Shown in pieces: positions 7,527 to 15,977 of a stretch of DNA of 20,920 bases. The DNA lies in assembly GCA_036338695.1 (NCBI GenBank), contig JAYZBQ010000032.1:1-20920 (forward strand), in the 5' to 3' direction. The notes beneath the pieces are model-generated. The model made no database searches, was not told where the DNA came from, and saw only the letters and a program-made list of their open reading frames with translations. How positions within the stretch are numbered: the first letter of the stretch is position 1; each line of letters opens with the position of its first letter. Origin of the DNA: Myxococcota bacterium. GTDB taxonomy: Bacteria > Myxococcota > UBA4151. Made by a program: the position numbers and the translations under genes.

Positions 7527-8677
7527 CCGGCGCCTCCAAGCACCACGATAACAGCGGGCACGCCGTAGAATAGCCCGGCGACATAAAGCAGTGCCCATCT
7601 TTTATGGCGGGTGGCAAAGTCCGCAAACCACTCAGCCATTTGAAGCGGCAGGTTGCGCAAATAGGCGGGCACGTACCAGATCAGGATACCCGCTAGATTG
7701 AAACTCAGATGAACCAATGCGATCTGGCGCGCCGCCACAGCGGTCTCGCCGGCGACCGCCATCGAGGCAACCAGTGCTGTGACGGTTGTACCGATATTGG
7801 CGCCCAATGTGATGGGATAAATCTGAGCCAAGCGCACGGCGCCGGCACCAGCAAGCGGCACCATAATCGAAGTCGTGATCGAAGAGGACTGGACCATGAT
7901 GGTCAGCACAATCCCGATGAGCATCGCTACCACGCCACCGGAGCCGAGGATCCGGTCGACATATTGCTCCATGCGCTGAACAACGACACCGCGCATCGTC
8001 CGCACGATCAGCGTCAAGGTCACCAGAATAATGGCTGCACCAGCGAACGCAAGCAGCACAAAGACCACCTTGGGATCAGAGACGAACGCTTCAATCGTAT
8101 TTTCGACAACAGCCTTGCCGGCTTTGAACGCCTTCTTCAGCGGGCTTTTATAGGTCGCACCTTGCGTTCCCATCGTCCACTCGGTGACGCGCGCAGCGAT
8201 CGCCTCGAGGATCCCCCTACCGGTGATCGCTTTGGTGATGACCTCAACGGGCAGCAACACCAAAACACTCAAGAAATTAAAGAAGTCGTGACAGGTCGCA
8301 GCGGCAAAGGCGCGCTTGAACTCCTCGTTTTGCGTCGCGTGCGCCATGCTCGCGAGCGTATTCGTGACCGTGGTCCCGATGTTCGCGCCCATAATCATTG
8401 GAACAGCTGATCCGACACCCAGCTGACCTGAACCGACCAATCCAACGATCAGCGAGCTCGTGACCGAAGAGCTCTGCACCAATGTGGTCGCTAAAATACC
8501 GACAAGCAACCCGAGGACCGGGTTCATCCCCTCAGCGAAGTAGGAGTCCATCACCCCGGAACCGAGCCCCTTGATCCCGGCCCCAAGGCAATTAATTCCC
8601 ACAAGGAAAAGGTAGAGCAATGCAAGCGTTGCCAACAAGCGAACGAGCAGAGAGTCTTTGAAGCGGGTGGACATCAC
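7523..8677 (-). CDS. nptA: Na+/phosphate symporter, NptA / SLC34 (NaPi-II) type
   Basis: It has two signature repeats, 'VQSSSVTSS...MGANIGTTVT' and 'VQSSSITTS...LGANIGTTVT', and 'AFAAATCHDFFN'. It is 384 aa, hydrophobic, with no C-terminal PhoU domains. Its start overlaps the pstS stop (GTGATG). Confidence 0.9.
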   Translation of the reverse strand: MMSTRFKDSLLVRLLATLALLYLFLVGINCLGAGIKGLGSGVMDSYFAEGMNPVLGLLVGILATTLVQSSSVTSSLIVGLVGSGQLGVGSAVPMIMGANIGTTVTNTLASMAHATQNEEFKRAFAAATCHDFFNFLSVLVLLPVEVITKAITGRGILEAIAARVTEWTMGTQGATYKSPLKKAFKAGKAVVENTIEAFVSDPKVVFVLLAFAGAAIILVTLTLIVRTMRGVVVQRMEQYVDRILGSGGVVAMLIGIVLTIMVQSSSITTSIMVPLAGAGAVRLAQIYPITLGANIGTTVTALVASMAVAGETAVAARQIALVHLSFNLAGILIWYVPAYLRNLPLQMAEWFADFATRHKRWALLYVAGLFYGVPAVIVVLGGAG

Positions 8678-9615
8678 TTTAGCCCCTTAATCGCACGCTC
8701 TAACTTGGCGCGTGCTGCTTCCAGCCGCTTAGGTGAAAGGCTCACGCTTCCGACACGCGCAGCGATCAAGGCGCCATGATTCAGATAATAATCAACGAAC
8801 TGACGCACATGAGATTGGGTCAAGGCACGACGGGAGACGTAGAGGTACAAAGCTCTCGAAAGCGGTTGATAGCTTCCATCTGCGATGGATTGAGGTGTTG
8901 GAAGGATCGCTTTCTTTCCGCCGTCCTTGATCGCCAGAAGCTTGAGTCGCTGGCGGTTCTGCCAGTAATATCCGTACCCGAAAAAGCTCAAGCTACCCCG
9001 CTTGGTCGCCACACGGTGAACCAAGTGATGATCGTCCTCGCTGGCGCTGTAATCGATCCGAAATCGGTTTTCGCGCCCAAGCAAAGCCTGCGAGAAGATA
9101 TCGAAGGTGCCGGACTGCGGACCTGGCCCCATGAGATAGAGCGGCTCGTCGGGAAACCCTGCGCGGACTTGACTCCAGTTCATGACGCGCCCTTGCGACC
9201 GAACTCGCCAGATGGTTCGCAACTCGTCGAGCGTGAGGTGATTTACCCAGGTTGTGCTCGGATGGACTACCACGCTGATTCCGTCGAAGGCGAACGGAAG
9301 CTCAAGCCAATCTAAACCAGCCGTCCGGCAAAGGGAGAGCTCGTCAGCACTCGCCAGGCGTGATGCGCTGACGACATCCACCTCCCCGAGGCATAACTTG
9401 CGTAATCCACCTGCTGTGCCCGAGACACCCAAGGTGATGCGAAGATCCGAGTTACTTTCTCGGAACCCGTCAACCACAGCCTGACTGATCGGAAACGCTG
9501 TCGATGAACCGTCAACCTTGACGAGAGCAGACGCAGCATCGGCGTCAGGTGTCGGTGCTAGCGCATCGCTGCACCCCGAAATCATCACCAACGCCGAAAG
9601 CCGAGCCCAAGCCAC
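8674..9615 (-). CDS. pstS: PstS-family phosphate-binding lipoprotein
   Basis: It has an ISGC lipobox and the motifs 'VDGSSTAFPIS', 'SGTAGG', 'AFDGISVVVHP', 'GPQSGTFDIF', 'YSASEDD', 'FFGYGYY' and 'YQPLSRALYLYV'. Confidence 0.88.
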   Translation of the reverse strand: MAWARLSALVMISGCSDALAPTPDADAASALVKVDGSSTAFPISQAVVDGFRESNSDLRITLGVSGTAGGLRKLCLGEVDVVSASRLASADELSLCRTAGLDWLELPFAFDGISVVVHPSTTWVNHLTLDELRTIWRVRSQGRVMNWSQVRAGFPDEPLYLMGPGPQSGTFDIFSQALLGRENRFRIDYSASEDDHHLVHRVATKRGSLSFFGYGYYWQNRQRLKLLAIKDGGKKAILPTPQSIADGSYQPLSRALYLYVSRRALTQSHVRQFVDYYLNHGALIAARVGSVSLSPKRLEAARAKLERAIKGLK

Positions 9616-9653
9616 GCCACACCCTTTGGAGCCGTTGCCCCGGGGGCTCCCTA

Positions 9654-9682
9654 ATCACAGCTTTGTGACTAACTTGTGTCAA
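9654..9682 (-). promoter_or_regulatory. Pho-box-like triple direct repeat (11-bp period) coinciding with a sigma70-like promoter upstream of pstS
   Basis: The minus strand reads TTGACAC-aagt-TAGTCAC-aaag-CTGTGAT, against the PhoB half-site CTGTCA(T/C) with 4-nt A-rich spacers. It also reads as TTGACA-N17-TGTGAT. It ends about 40 bp before the pstS start. Confidence 0.65.
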
Positions 9683-9727
9683 CTCATCGGTGAAAACGTT
9701 GCTTCTCGCAGAGACTGGCCATCGTGG

Positions 9728-10108
9728 TTAGGCCATACTCAAGCAGCGCTCATCCCAGTAGGCCTTCATCGTTGCGATCTTGCCCTGCGCATTAAGCGTA
9801 AACAGGTCGGCGATCTGGACCCGCATCTCGACCCCTGCGCCCGCCGTGATCACGTCAAAGATCATGAGCGCCTCGTCACCGCAGGTCACGATCCGGTGCA
9901 GCTCGCACCGAATGCTCATCTCCCCTTGGTGAACCCGATCCCAGAACGCTCCGATCGCCTCGACGCCTTGATGCGGCGGGCTCCCGACCGGATCTTCGAC
10001 GCTGGCCTCGGGGTCGAAGAGGTCAAGCCAGCCGGCGCGGTCGTCCTCAGACCAGCAACGAAGATAAGCGCTCAGCGTGGTCTCGACCTGCGCCCTCGAC
10101 GCGCTCAC
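9728..10108 (-). CDS. Ketosteroid (steroid delta-) isomerase-like NTF2/SnoaL family protein
   Basis: It is 126 aa from GTG 10108, with a GTGA overlap with the DUF4399 stop. 'SAYLRCW' carries the Tyr14 equivalent, 'VEDPVGSPP' the Asp38 equivalent and 'IADLFTLNAQGKIATMKAYW' the Asp99 equivalent. Confidence 0.8.
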   Translation of the reverse strand: MSASRAQVETTLSAYLRCWSEDDRAGWLDLFDPEASVEDPVGSPPHQGVEAIGAFWDRVHQGEMSIRCELHRIVTCGDEALMIFDVITAGAGVEMRVQIADLFTLNAQGKIATMKAYWDERCLSMA

Positions 10109-10635
10109 TCTTTCGCTGCGGTGACGGTGACGGTGATGCTGGTCGCCCACTCCGGGCCGTAGCTACGGTGCGCGCCATCGGCGAACTGCAGGGTCAGCGT
10201 ATGCTGCCCCGGAGCCACGTTGAGCACGTGCTTGGACTGCCCCTTGCCAAAGTGGATATGACTCGCGTCCGCAGGGACCGGCGTACCCGCTTTGATGCCT
10301 GGCGCATCGATGATCAGGTGATGGTGCCCCCGAGTGGTGTCGTCGATCGGCTCACCAGCAGGCGAGACCGCTTTACCCACAACCTCAAAGGCGAGCTCAA
10401 AGCCATTGGGGATGGTGTCCCCGTCCTTGACGTTGACAAAACGAACGCCCGGCTCACCCTTGGGCGCCTCCGCTTGAGCGACCGGATCAGCGGCCGCCTC
10501 GGGCTTGGCAGGCGCCGCCGGCGCCGCCTTCTGGGCTTGGGTCGGCTCAGCGGGCTTGGCTTCAGCCGTGGCGGGATCACTCGATGAGGTGCAGCCAAGG
10601 GCGGCGACACAGAGCAGTGAAGGGACGATGCGCAT
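10105..10635 (-). CDS. DUF4399 domain lipoprotein
   Basis: AGGAG RBS, ALGC lipobox and an Ala/Pro linker are present. Motifs are 'GHHHLIID', 'HIHFGKGQ' and 'PGQHTLTLQFADGAHRSYG'. Confidence 0.85.
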   Translation of the reverse strand: MRIVPSLLCVAALGCTSSSDPATAEAKPAEPTQAQKAAPAAPAKPEAAADPVAQAEAPKGEPGVRFVNVKDGDTIPNGFELAFEVVGKAVSPAGEPIDDTTRGHHHLIIDAPGIKAGTPVPADASHIHFGKGQSKHVLNVAPGQHTLTLQFADGAHRSYGPEWATSITVTVTAAKE

Positions 10636-10733
10636 AAAACTCTCCTGTCATCTGTTTCTTTATGTGCAAGGACCTCTGCGCGCAAACAAGGGTCCGCGTT
10701 GACGAAAGTCGAGCCACAGTGTTTACGGAGCCC

Positions 10734-11684
10734 ATGGACCGAAAATTCACGCAGGCCGCCTGGCTGTTTACGGCCTACCTCGTAGGCGTCATCTTGTTCG
10801 GGGCGTGGGTGCGTATCACCCACAGCGGGGCGGGCTGCGGTGCGCACTGGCCGCTGTGCGACGGCGAGATCATCCCCTCGGCGCCATCCACCGAGAAGCT
10901 CATCGAGTACACCCACCGGCTGACCAGCGGACTGTGCGGCGTCTTTGGGTTGATCCTAACGGGCTGGGCTTGGCGACGCTTCGGTCTGCGCGCCAAGGCG
11001 ACCATCGCCGCCGCCGTGACCCTCTTCTTTATCATCGTTGAGGGCGCGATCGGCGCCGGCTTGGTCCTCGCTGAGCTCGTCGCAGATGACTCCTCGGCGG
11101 CACGCGCCATCGTGATCTCGCTGCACCTCACCAACACCTTAATGCTCACCGCAGCGTCGGCTGCGACAGCCTATTTCGGGCGCAGCCCCGACGCGCCCTT
11201 TCGGCTCACGCACGAGCGCGGCCTGCTGCTCTCAATGGTCGCCGGCTTCGTCGTCGTCTCCATGACCGGTGCCATCACGGCGCTCGGGGACACCCTGTTC
11301 CCCGTGAAGGCAGCGGAGCACGCAGGCTTGTGGGCGCAGGTCTCAAGCGAGCTCAGCGCCACGCAGCACTTCCTGGTTCGTCTTCGGATCGTTCACCCGC
11401 TGCTTGCGGTGCTGATCGGCCTTGGGATGATCTACGCGTTCGACCGACTCCGAGACGGCGGAGCAGGGCGCATCGCCGCGGCCGGCTTGCTGACTAGCGT
11501 CGCGCAGATCGGGCTTGGGTTTCTCAACATCGCGCTCGCCGCACCGGGCTGGATGCAGCTCCTGCATCTGGCGATGGCGCAGGTCTTGTGGGTCTGTCTG
11601 GTGCTCAGCGCGTGGCGTGCGCAACGCCCAGAGCTCGCCGAGCGATCACTCCGGGTCGAGCACGACCCCATCGAGGCTTCGTAG
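10734..11684 (+). CDS. ctaA: Heme A synthase (COX15/CtaA family)
   Basis: Motifs are 'GAWVRITHSGAGCGAHWPLCDG' and 'IEYTHRLTSG', with further His in 'SLHL', 'IVHP' and 'LLHL' and about 8 TM segments. The start is placed at ATG 10734 after GGAG. Confidence 0.88.
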   Translation: MDRKFTQAAWLFTAYLVGVILFGAWVRITHSGAGCGAHWPLCDGEIIPSAPSTEKLIEYTHRLTSGLCGVFGLILTGWAWRRFGLRAKATIAAAVTLFFIIVEGAIGAGLVLAELVADDSSAARAIVISLHLTNTLMLTAASAATAYFGRSPDAPFRLTHERGLLLSMVAGFVVVSMTGAITALGDTLFPVKAAEHAGLWAQVSSELSATQHFLVRLRIVHPLLAVLIGLGMIYAFDRLRDGGAGRIAAAGLLTSVAQIGLGFLNIALAAPGWMQLLHLAMAQVLWVCLVLSAWRAQRPELAERSLRVEHDPIEAS

Positions 11685-12989
11685 GTCCTCAACGTACTCG
11701 CTGACGCACTTCCAGTCGCGGTGGAGCTTGCCGTTCCTGAACAGCTTAAACCCGGCGGCGGCGGCGTCCTCTTCAGCGAAGGGGTCAACCTGTTTCACCC
11801 ACGCTTCGTAGCGCCGCTCTTCTTGGCTCCAATAGAGCCGCTGGATCCCCAGTGAGTCGCCGCTTTGATCTTGCGCATAGGTGAAGGAGGCACGCGAGAG
11901 ACCCCGGTCCTCAGGGAAGGTTCGCACCACCTTTTTAGCTTTACCAAATCGGTACTGCAGCCAGCCCTTTCGGCGCGCCAGGTTCGGGCTGCCGCAGATC
12001 GAAACGATCTGCGCGCCGCGCACCTTGCACGAAAAGAGGATCTGTTCATTCGCAGCGCAATGCGTTGCGTGGTCGAGCTGAGGGCGCGGAACCTCCGCAG
12101 CGGGTGGGTCGTCGTCGCGCCGGGCGCGCCGCTCCTCTTCGTAGCGATCAGCCTGAGCGCGCTCAGCCGCCTCTTCATCGGCGCGTCGTCGCTCGGCGCT
12201 GCGCTCGGTCTCCTCTCGCTCAAGCTGCCGCTTCATCTCTTCACGGCGACGCTCTGCGCGCGCTCGGCGCTCGGCTTCCTCCGCCGCACGCGCCTTCTCT
12301 CGGCGCGCCCGCTCTTCCTCCTGGCGGGCTCGCTCTTGGGCACGGCGGTCCGCCTGAGCGCGCCGGTCCCTCGACGCGCTCGCTCGCGTGCGACGCTCAG
12401 CGCGTGCATCCGCTCGCCTGTCGTCGCGCCGAGCGGGCGCTTCCTCAACGTCGTCTTCTCGAGCGGAGCGCCTCGGTCTGGCGTCCTGAGCGACGTCCTC
12501 GACCTGGGTTCGAAAGCCTCGGCTGTCCACGCGCTCAATCTTTTGAATCCTTAGGTTGACCTCTTGAAGGGGGCGTCCTCGCCCATCAACCAAGCGCAGG
12601 TCCGCATCGATAAAGGCAGTGATCTCAACGCCATCGCTCAAAGGCGCCTCCTCGAGGCCGTGCGCCTTGAGCAAGATGCGCAGCTGAAGATCACCTTTTC
12701 GCTGGCGCAGGACCTTTGCGGCGCCGCCGCGCACGAGGTCTCGCTCGAGAAGGTTCGCCAACAGCGACGCCCCGGCCTTGGCTCCATCCTGAACGCCGAT
12801 CGTCACGCTGCGACCCTGCACTCGATCCGCAAGGTCCATGCTCGCACGGCGTGACGCCTCCTCAAGCGCCCGAGCCAGCATCAGCTGATCCCGGCGGCTC
12901 GCATTCTCGACACCGATCACCCCGCGCCGAGCCTGAGGGCCGCCGCTCGCGCAGGCGCTGAGTACGACCATTAGAACTGCGTAACGCAT
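11646..12989 (-). CDS. Hypothetical lipoprotein: N-terminal alpha/beta domain, long charged (R/E/A) coiled-coil, C-terminal Cys-containing domain
   Basis: GGAGG precedes ATG 12989, followed by the lipobox-bearing 'MRYAVLMVVLSAC'. An R/E/A-rich helical middle leads to the C-terminal 'HCAANEQILFSCKV..IVSICGS..WLQYRFGK'. The 3' end overlaps ctaA by 39 nt. Confidence 0.7.
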   Translation of the reverse strand: MRYAVLMVVLSACASGGPQARRGVIGVENASRRDQLMLARALEEASRRASMDLADRVQGRSVTIGVQDGAKAGASLLANLLERDLVRGGAAKVLRQRKGDLQLRILLKAHGLEEAPLSDGVEITAFIDADLRLVDGRGRPLQEVNLRIQKIERVDSRGFRTQVEDVAQDARPRRSAREDDVEEAPARRDDRRADARAERRTRASASRDRRAQADRRAQERARQEEERARREKARAAEEAERRARAERRREEMKRQLEREETERSAERRRADEEAAERAQADRYEEERRARRDDDPPAAEVPRPQLDHATHCAANEQILFSCKVRGAQIVSICGSPNLARRKGWLQYRFGKAKKVVRTFPEDRGLSRASFTYAQDQSGDSLGIQRLYWSQEERRYEAWVKQVDPFAEEDAAAAGFKLFRNGKLHRDWKCVSEYVEDLRSLDGVVLDPE

Positions 12990-13033
12990 GGAGCCCTCCC
13001 GAGCCAGGCGGATACCCACCTTCGCCGTTTCGC

Positions 13034-14176
13034 TCAAGGGGTTGTCAGGTCCGCTGCGATCGTCTCGAACAATTCGAGATAACTAAAGCCGCTGAATCGC
13101 TGCGGCGCCGGGTCTCGAAGCATCCCCACCTCGTCGAGGTGATCGGCGGGGACGCAGCCCATAAAGGTCCCCCACTTGGCGCTGCTCACCGCCACCAAGC
13201 CGTCGTTCGGCCCCTGCTGTCGCCCCACCAGGGGCGCCATCAAGCGAAAGAGTGGGTCCAGCAGGTCGCGCCCTTCCGGGTTCTCGTGAACGGCGCCGGC
13301 GCAGGCCTCCGAGGCGACGTCTCGCACGAACCGATTCTGAACGCTTCGGCCCGCCCAAGAGCGATACCGCACCTCCGGGTGATCGGGGACCTCGCGATTG
13401 AACCCCTCCATATGCTCCATCGAGAGCTCACGCATCTGCTGGTTAAGGTTCGCCTCGGCGTCCGGTCGGCCAGCCAGCCCGGAGTAGACCAGCAACAAGG
13501 CTTGTGTGAGCGGTCCTCGTCCAGCCAGCGGCAGGTCCAAAAATGCATCGGCGGCGGCGCTGCCGCGGTGGGGCGTTGCGACCGTTGTGAGCGTCTTGAT
13601 CAAGCCCTCATCGCCCTGCCGTGAAGCGACGAGGCGCGCGTCGAGCCCGCCTTGCGAGTGCCCGACCAAATGGACGCCGTCTGAGCCAGCGATGTGGTTG
13701 ATGCAGCGCACCTGCTGCTCGAGCTCATCCGCCCGCTCGGCGCTCCCGTGAATGGGAAGCACTTGGGTTAAGTAGACCTCATAGCCGAGGGACCGCAGAT
13801 GACTGGGCGCTTGGTTGAAGTACGCCAGCGGTCCGAGCTCCCGAAACCCCGCCATACCGTGGTGCAGGACGATCGGACGGTCGAGCCGCCGCCGGCCAAA
13901 GCCTGGATTGGCCATCATCTGCTGATCGAGCGCAAGGCGCTCGACCCAGTCGGCGCACGGGTCGACGAGGCCTGCATCCGGCGAGCTGCCGAGCGCATCC
14001 GCCGCACCCCCGGCGTCCAACCCGGCGGTGAAGACGTCCGATGGGCTAGTGTCGGCCGCAAAACCTGCGTCGCGCACCGCACCCGTCGAGGAACCGTTCG
14101 CCGGCGGCGAGACCCCGCATCCGCTGCTCAGGGCTACCGTCAAGCACAGCCCTAAGGTGACGATCCCGCGCCGCAT
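13034..14176 (-). CDS. Triacylglycerol lipase / esterase (family I-like alpha/beta hydrolase), probable lipoprotein
   Basis: Motifs are 'PIVLHHGMAG', the nucleophile elbow 'GHSQGG', 'ATPHRGS', 'NDGLV' and 'DHLDEVG'. The signal ends in LSSGC. The start is placed at ATG 14176 (GTG 14179 is an alternative). Confidence 0.88.
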   Translation of the reverse strand: MRRGIVTLGLCLTVALSSGCGVSPPANGSSTGAVRDAGFAADTSPSDVFTAGLDAGGAADALGSSPDAGLVDPCADWVERLALDQQMMANPGFGRRRLDRPIVLHHGMAGFRELGPLAYFNQAPSHLRSLGYEVYLTQVLPIHGSAERADELEQQVRCINHIAGSDGVHLVGHSQGGLDARLVASRQGDEGLIKTLTTVATPHRGSAAADAFLDLPLAGRGPLTQALLLVYSGLAGRPDAEANLNQQMRELSMEHMEGFNREVPDHPEVRYRSWAGRSVQNRFVRDVASEACAGAVHENPEGRDLLDPLFRLMAPLVGRQQGPNDGLVAVSSAKWGTFMGCVPADHLDEVGMLRDPAPQRFSGFSYLELFETIAADLTTP

Positions 14177-14181
14177 CACCC

Positions 14182-14781
14182 CTACCACGCCCAGCCGTAG
14201 TTGAGCCCGAGCGTCGGAACGAGCGATGGCGCCTGTGCGTCGAGCGGCGAGGAGTCGGCGTGGCGCCAGCGCTGCGCCCCGAACTGCACCTCGAGCACGT
14301 TGCGATCCGCTGCGGTCGACTTCCAGCCGATAAAGAGCCCCTCAAAGCGCTCCCACGACGCGCCAGCCAAGCCCGCCGGGTCCAGCATGGAGCCAAACTG
14401 CATCACATTCCCACCGATCGACCACCCGCGATCAAAGTTGCCAAGCCAGTACAAGCTGACCTGAGCGCCAAGGCCTAGCGTCGGTGCATCATGAGGGACC
14501 GAGTAGCCACCCGCCGCTTGCAGCGCCACGCTCAGCCGGTCCAGGACCGCGACCTCACCTTTGACCTTCGCAAGCCCCACCAGCGCCCACAGCGGCGACG
14601 TCGTAAAGCTCAAGCTGGTCTTCGCGGCGCCGCCGCGGCTGTAGGGACTCGGCCTAAGAAAGGCGTTCTGACGCGCCGTGGACACGCTCGTCTGACCGCC
14701 TCCGTACGACTTGTAACGGCTCGCTTGTGCGGTCGCCGGAAGGCAAAGCGCCGCTGCGATTAACAGGGATAAAGCTCTCAT
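14182..14781 (-). CDS. Exported protein, probable small outer-membrane beta-barrel (DUF3575-like)
   Basis: It has a signal peptide ending AQA, alternating amphipathic strands and an aromatic C-terminus 'LGLNYGWAW'. Confidence 0.6.
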   Translation of the reverse strand: MRALSLLIAAALCLPATAQASRYKSYGGGQTSVSTARQNAFLRPSPYSRGGAAKTSLSFTTSPLWALVGLAKVKGEVAVLDRLSVALQAAGGYSVPHDAPTLGLGAQVSLYWLGNFDRGWSIGGNVMQFGSMLDPAGLAGASWERFEGLFIGWKSTAADRNVLEVQFGAQRWRHADSSPLDAQAPSLVPTLGLNYGWAW

Positions 14782-14842
14782 CGCGTCTCCTTGGGCAAGG
14801 ATAAGACCGCAGGGCGACCGCCTGTATTCATCACCCGGACGG

Positions 14843-15916
14843 TCACACGCCGTCTAGCCCCTTGGCAAATCCCACAAGGACCGGCTCGGGTTCGAGGTCG
14901 ACGCCCCACTGAAGCGCCACCTGACCTTGGACATGCTGAGCGAGCTCGATCAGGTCTCGAGCTGTCGCAGAGCCGGGGTTGATCAGCGCCAGACAGTGCC
15001 TCGACGACAACGCGGCTCGCCCGTGCTCAAAACCCTTTTGAAATCCAGCCCGCTCGATCAACCAAGCCGCCGGCACCTTATGATGCGACCCTTCCGACCA
15101 AACCGGCAGCGTCTCCGGGTCGAAGCCATGGTCGCTCAGGCGCCCTTTGAGGCGCTCAAAATCGACTGGGGACAAGATGGGGTTGAGGAAAAACGAGCCG
15201 GCGCTGCGTCGGTTGGGGTCTGCGTCATCGAGGACCATGGACTTGCTGCGCCGCAGCGAGAGCACGGCATCTCGGATCACCTGCGGGTGGTCGACGCCCT
15301 CGCCCACGGCGCTCATCAGCTCCCGGTAACGGGGCGGATCCGGCGCGCCGCGCCGCAACCGAAAGCGGACCGCCGTGATCACAAACCGACCACGCCAGCG
15401 ACCCTTGAACGCGCTCATCCGATAGGAAAAATCGAGTTGATCGGCAGCGAGCCAGGTGGCGTCGCCGCGGTCGCGACGGACCACCCGGACCGCCTCGACC
15501 ACATCGGCAACCTCCTGACCGTAGGCGCCAATGTTTTGCATCGGCGCAGCGCCCACCCAGCCCGGAATGCCGCTGAGCGCTTCCAAGCCACACAGACCCG
15601 CCGAGACGCTCCAAGCGACCAGCTCATCCCAGGGCACGCCCGCGCCGACCTCGACCACGGCGGCGTCTCCCTCGGCGTGCACCCTGCGACCCATCACGGT
15701 CGGCTGCAGGACCACACCCCGCACCCCCGCGTCAGCGATCAGAGTGTTCGAGCCACCCCCTAGAACGGTCAGCGCGAGCCCGGCGCGCTGGGCATACCAG
15801 ATCGCCTCAACCACCTGCCCTTCGGTCTCGGCGCGCACGTAGACATCCGCCGAGCCGCCGACCTCGAGGGTCGTCAACGGAGCGAGCGCGTGATCTCGTT
15901 GAATTCGGATGGCCAT
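14843..15916 (-). CDS. murB: UDP-N-acetylmuramate dehydrogenase (UDP-N-acetylenolpyruvoylglucosamine reductase)
   Basis: Motifs are 'LAPLTTLEVGG', 'LGGGSN', 'GLEALSGIPG.VGAAPMQNIGAYG', 'FSYRMSAFK', 'SAGSFFLNP', 'AAWLIE', 'HCLALIN' and 'LEPEP'. Confidence 0.96.
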   Translation of the reverse strand: MAIRIQRDHALAPLTTLEVGGSADVYVRAETEGQVVEAIWYAQRAGLALTVLGGGSNTLIADAGVRGVVLQPTVMGRRVHAEGDAAVVEVGAGVPWDELVAWSVSAGLCGLEALSGIPGWVGAAPMQNIGAYGQEVADVVEAVRVVRRDRGDATWLAADQLDFSYRMSAFKGRWRGRFVITAVRFRLRRGAPDPPRYRELMSAVGEGVDHPQVIRDAVLSLRRSKSMVLDDADPNRRSAGSFFLNPILSPVDFERLKGRLSDHGFDPETLPVWSEGSHHKVPAAWLIERAGFQKGFEHGRAALSSRHCLALINPGSATARDLIELAQHVQGQVALQWGVDLEPEPVLVGFAKGLDGV

Positions 15917-15977
15917 AACGAGGTCCCTGTTACCGGTGCATCCGCAGGTTGCCTAGCGACACCTTGCGCTGTGCGAT

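Noticed and set aside
9655..9668. TCACA-N4-TGTGA as a CRP/FNR-type site
   Set aside because: The orientation and spacing differ from TGTGA-N6-TCACA. The 11-bp direct-repeat reading explains it better.
12100..12480. Low-complexity GC-rich stretch as a DNA repeat element
   Set aside because: It is explained by the Arg/Glu/Ala-rich helical segment of the minus-strand lipoprotein, and no exact nucleotide periodicity was seen.
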